A DNA stretch of 56,860 bases, the filler included, from Platydemus manokwari (taxonomy: Eukaryota): assembly GCA_037951405.1 (NCBI GenBank). It is 5 parts of 5 records of this genome, joined end to end, with 100 filler letters (N's around TTAATTAATTAA, not from the genome) between each part and the next. Parts side by side here need not be neighbours in the genome. Positions count along the whole stretch, not along the records: positions 43,954 to 56,860 come from JBBMOY011912497.1; 4 more parts are not named here. One strand, given 5' to 3'. Below, piece by piece: positions 54,179-56,860 of this stretch (position 1 is its first letter; every line of letters begins with the position of its first letter). Made by a program: the position numbers and the translations under genes. The notes under the pieces were generated by a model, which made no database searches, was not told the DNA's origin, and saw nothing but the letters and a program-made list of their open reading frames with translations.

Positions 54179-54680
54179 ATAATATGATTTGCAAGATATT
54201 TTATAGTTATTTATATGAAATAGCTGAAGATAATTCGATTAATAATCAATAACGATAAAAACCACTCCTATTTGTAGATGGATGTAACATATCGAATTGC
54301 TTTTATTTAGTTTTTAAATAAATACTTTTCAGTTCTGCATTAATTTTGAATATTTTTTTATTAAAATCAGTTAACATCTCTATTTTTATAAAACAAATAG
54401 GGTGTTATCGACCGAGTTCGACTGTTTTTAAATTAATGAAAGTAATATTTTTATCGAAATTAAAAAGTTTATTGCTTTGAATTTAAGTGAAATTTCAGTG
54501 ACAGCTAATAAAATCTACCCTTGTTTTCGGAAATTCATTTTCTTGAACATTTTGTAATAAATATGAAATTTTAAAATTAATGTAAGTTTTTCTCAAATTT
54601 TTTGTGCTGAGACTCTATTTAAGAGGTATTTGTCTGAGTAAGAAAAGTTAACTGAGAACAAATTCTTTTCGTAAACAAAG

Positions 54681-54782
54681 TGTCATAATATTTGCTTCAT
54701 TTATCTTATATTATATATAAAGCATATCACAGTGTAAAGCTTGTGATGAGACCTCATATTGTTATAGTTACATATTGTGACA
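54681..54782. mobile_element. About 100-bp fold-back/MITE-like element just 3' of the orphan gene
   Basis: TGTCATAATAT...ATATTGTGACA (10 of 11 inverted match) with an internal atcaca/tgtgat pair. Confidence 0.4.
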
Positions 54783-54809
54783 ATATTAGACAAGTTTTAT
54801 TATAATAAT

Positions 54810-55466
54810 TTATGGACAAAGATCTTTTAATTTTTGAACAAATTTATCATCCAAACCAAATGACTGGAGACTTCCTTGTAAATGGTACATAACTTCACGC
54901 ATCCAAACCATGAGAAATTTATCGGAAACAATTCGGTTCTCTAATTCTAAATTTCTACAGTCTAGTAATTTGCAATTTTTATCAAAGACATAATAAACAT
55001 CTCTAACTTCGTAAGATTTTCCGTACCACTTTGGATAGTCTCTATTAGTTATTAAGTTTCTTTCAGCGGCAGCCATAGGACAAAAAAAATTTGATTTGAT
55101 CTTTTCAGTAAACTCTGTAGGGTTTGGATAACCACAGCCTCTCCAAGTAGAATTTTTCCATGGTTGTTTGACACAAACATATCTATCATCGGATTTCGAT
55201 TTTTGAACAATATAGTTTTCTGTAAAAGCCTGCCAAAAATTCTGCCTTTCTTCTATTACAATTTTCTCTCCCATATGCACATGCAAAATAATCTTTTCTA
55301 CAGTGATTGTAGTTCGATTCTTTTGATTTTTGTTCATATGTTCATTCGTTGCGTATACTACATCTTTACGTTGTAGTTTCACGGGTACACTGAATTTCCA
55401 CGGTAGCTGACAATCACACTTACAGTGGATTTCCTCAAACACCAAACTAAGCATCAATATTGATAT
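54810..55466 (-). CDS. Orphan Cys-containing protein, probably secreted; possible divergent ependymin-related (EPDR/LolA-fold) protein
   Basis: A 657-nt open frame in very AT-rich DNA begins at a phase-0 acceptor (cctttttag|ATATCA, 55466). It has a hydrophobic N-terminus ISILMLSLVFEEIHC, N-glycosylation sequons NRT and NST, and a normal globular composition. The first in-frame ATG is at 55454. The family call is inference only. Confidence 0.7.
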   Translation of the reverse strand: MSILMLSLVFEEIHCKCDCQLPWKFSVPVKLQRKDVVYATNEHMNKNQKNRTTITVEKIILHVHMGEKIVIEERQNFWQAFTENYIVQKSKSDDRYVCVKQPWKNSTWRGCGYPNPTEFTEKIKSNFFCPMAAAERNLITNRDYPKWYGKSYEVRDVYYVFDKNCKLLDCRNLELENRIVSDKFLMVWMREVMYHLQGSLQSFGLDDKFVQKLKDLCP

Positions 55467-56860
55467 CTAAAAAAGGTTACTTATACTTAATCTAGATCAA
55501 TATTATCATGTCGAAAAGTATGAAATTAAGTAACTTCATGTCTATTAAGATGTTTATCATTTTGATTCTAATTTTATTTAATCATTTGATTGATACACCC
55601 ACTCCAAATGAAAACAGAATAAATAATACGAAGAAGGCTATTTAATTGAAAGCCATCGAAGATATTTAAATATATTTTACAAATAATAAGTATAAGACAA
55701 TTTGAAACCTTCAAATTTCATCCGAATATCACGGTATTCAAATGAATAATTGTGATTATTATTTAATACACCGTGATCTCGAATTAATAAGATAATTAAG
55801 TAAAGTGTAACTAAGGTACTCAGCATTACTTTACTACACTCCAAATCAAAATGTAATTAGTGAAATAATGATAACGGCTTCGAGGCATTTCGTTTCATAA
55901 CTAATTTTTTTTCGATGTTATACACATCATAAGACAGCACGTAAATTAAATTTTGATAGCACATCTCGACTGCCAGTATTTTAAATTCAAATAATTTTAA
56001 ATAAAAGCATATTGATTTAAAAAATAATTTCTCAATAATTTGTGTGAATGTTTTGATTAAATAATTTTTTTGGTTTGAACTTCTTAAGTCGTTTTCAATT
56101 CGTATTTTTAAAAAAATAGTAGTAGTCAACTCAAAGTTCGAAAAGCACTAAAATTAAAATTTCCTATTATCATTAAGTTTAAAGAATTTTGACTGCATTA
56201 CAACCATTTTATATTTTCTGGTTCTCAGCTTAAGTTAATTTTGAAATTATTAACAAAATAGGTGTATGGCATTACAATGAGAAAGGAGCTACAGATAAAT
56301 TTCAATACATAGAATCAATAATAAGGATAAAATTATTCAAACTTACATTACGCGCACAGGACTATATTCAACTCAATAGTGACTTTGTAAATGAATGATA
56401 TCAGTTTTATAAAAATTTATCGCTGAAAATATTTAATTTCTTGTCACAATAGTCTACAAGAAAAACTTTGCCTACAAATGTGACTTTACGGCAGTTAATC
56501 AATGAATTATATAATAATTCGAAGAAAGCAATAAGCGTGATACACGAAATGGTAACATCTAAGTTGATTCTCTATTACTAATATCAGTTAAAAGTTTTTC
56601 GAAAAATAATTTATTTATAAATAATTATCATAATTAATTTTGGAAAGCTATTCATTTGGAGTAAGTTTATCAGATCTATGAAGTTGGTTTAGAAAAATAT
56701 TCTACTCTTGTTGATATAAAATTAACACAATTTACATAAAATAATCAATTCAGTTACTGACATTGATTAAATTTTCCATTGTTTTCAAATCAAACCTGTA
56801 ATCATAAAATTAATTCAAAAAAGTACGAGTTTACAAAACACGATATACACATTTTCATAA

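Noticed and set aside
54742-54772. GTGATGAG-ACCT-C...TGTTATAGT as a minimal hammerhead
   Set aside because: Both core boxes are mutated (GTGATGA, and no GAAA).
5489-55376. Short ORFs overlapping real exons on the other strand or frame (5489..5680, 5792..6070, 24254..24460, 32095..32286, 37172..37441, 55164..55376)
   Set aside because: They are shadow ORFs of the GPCR, PFK, RPS14, nAChR and orphan coding sequences.
54398-55601. GGGTGT(T)ATC inverted pair flanking the orphan gene as a gene-carrying transposon
   Set aside because: The match is about 10 nt with an indel, decays immediately, and has no TSD.

Overview
This is very AT-rich eukaryotic DNA with GT-AG introns, many of them 41-56 nt. 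Gene content and repeat landscape suggest a free-living flatworm (triclad planarian); this is an inference. The window is not one locus. It is five segments (1-13670, 13771-25119, 25220-35036, 35137-43853, 43954-56860) joined by four identical artificial 100-nt spacers (44 N + TTAATTAATTAA + 44 N). Genes reconstructed by hand: an intronless orphan rhodopsin-like GPCR (5023-5937, -); the C-terminal half of 6-phosphofructokinase (9 exons, 19381-24582, -); ribosomal protein uS11/RPS14 (32168-32623, +); four exons of a nicotinic-receptor alpha subunit with a Pro-Ala anion-selectivity motif (35148-43130, -); short-form RNase Z/ELAC1 (about 45320/45525-48117, +); and an orphan Cys-containing, probably secreted protein with ependymin-like cysteine spacing (54810-55466, -). 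Much of the rest is decayed mobile DNA: mariner/Tc1, Gypsy integrases, solo-LTR candidates, Penelope-like, R4-like and NeSL/Utopia-like non-LTR elements, and MITEs. There are also (ATT)n microsatellites. No CRISPR, rRNA or tRNA was seen, and no multi-gene novel system can be supported. The best leads are the predicted ACh-gated chloride channel, two first coding exons that may receive their start codon from the flatworm spliced leader, the ependymin-like orphan, and an altered GPG motif in RPS14.
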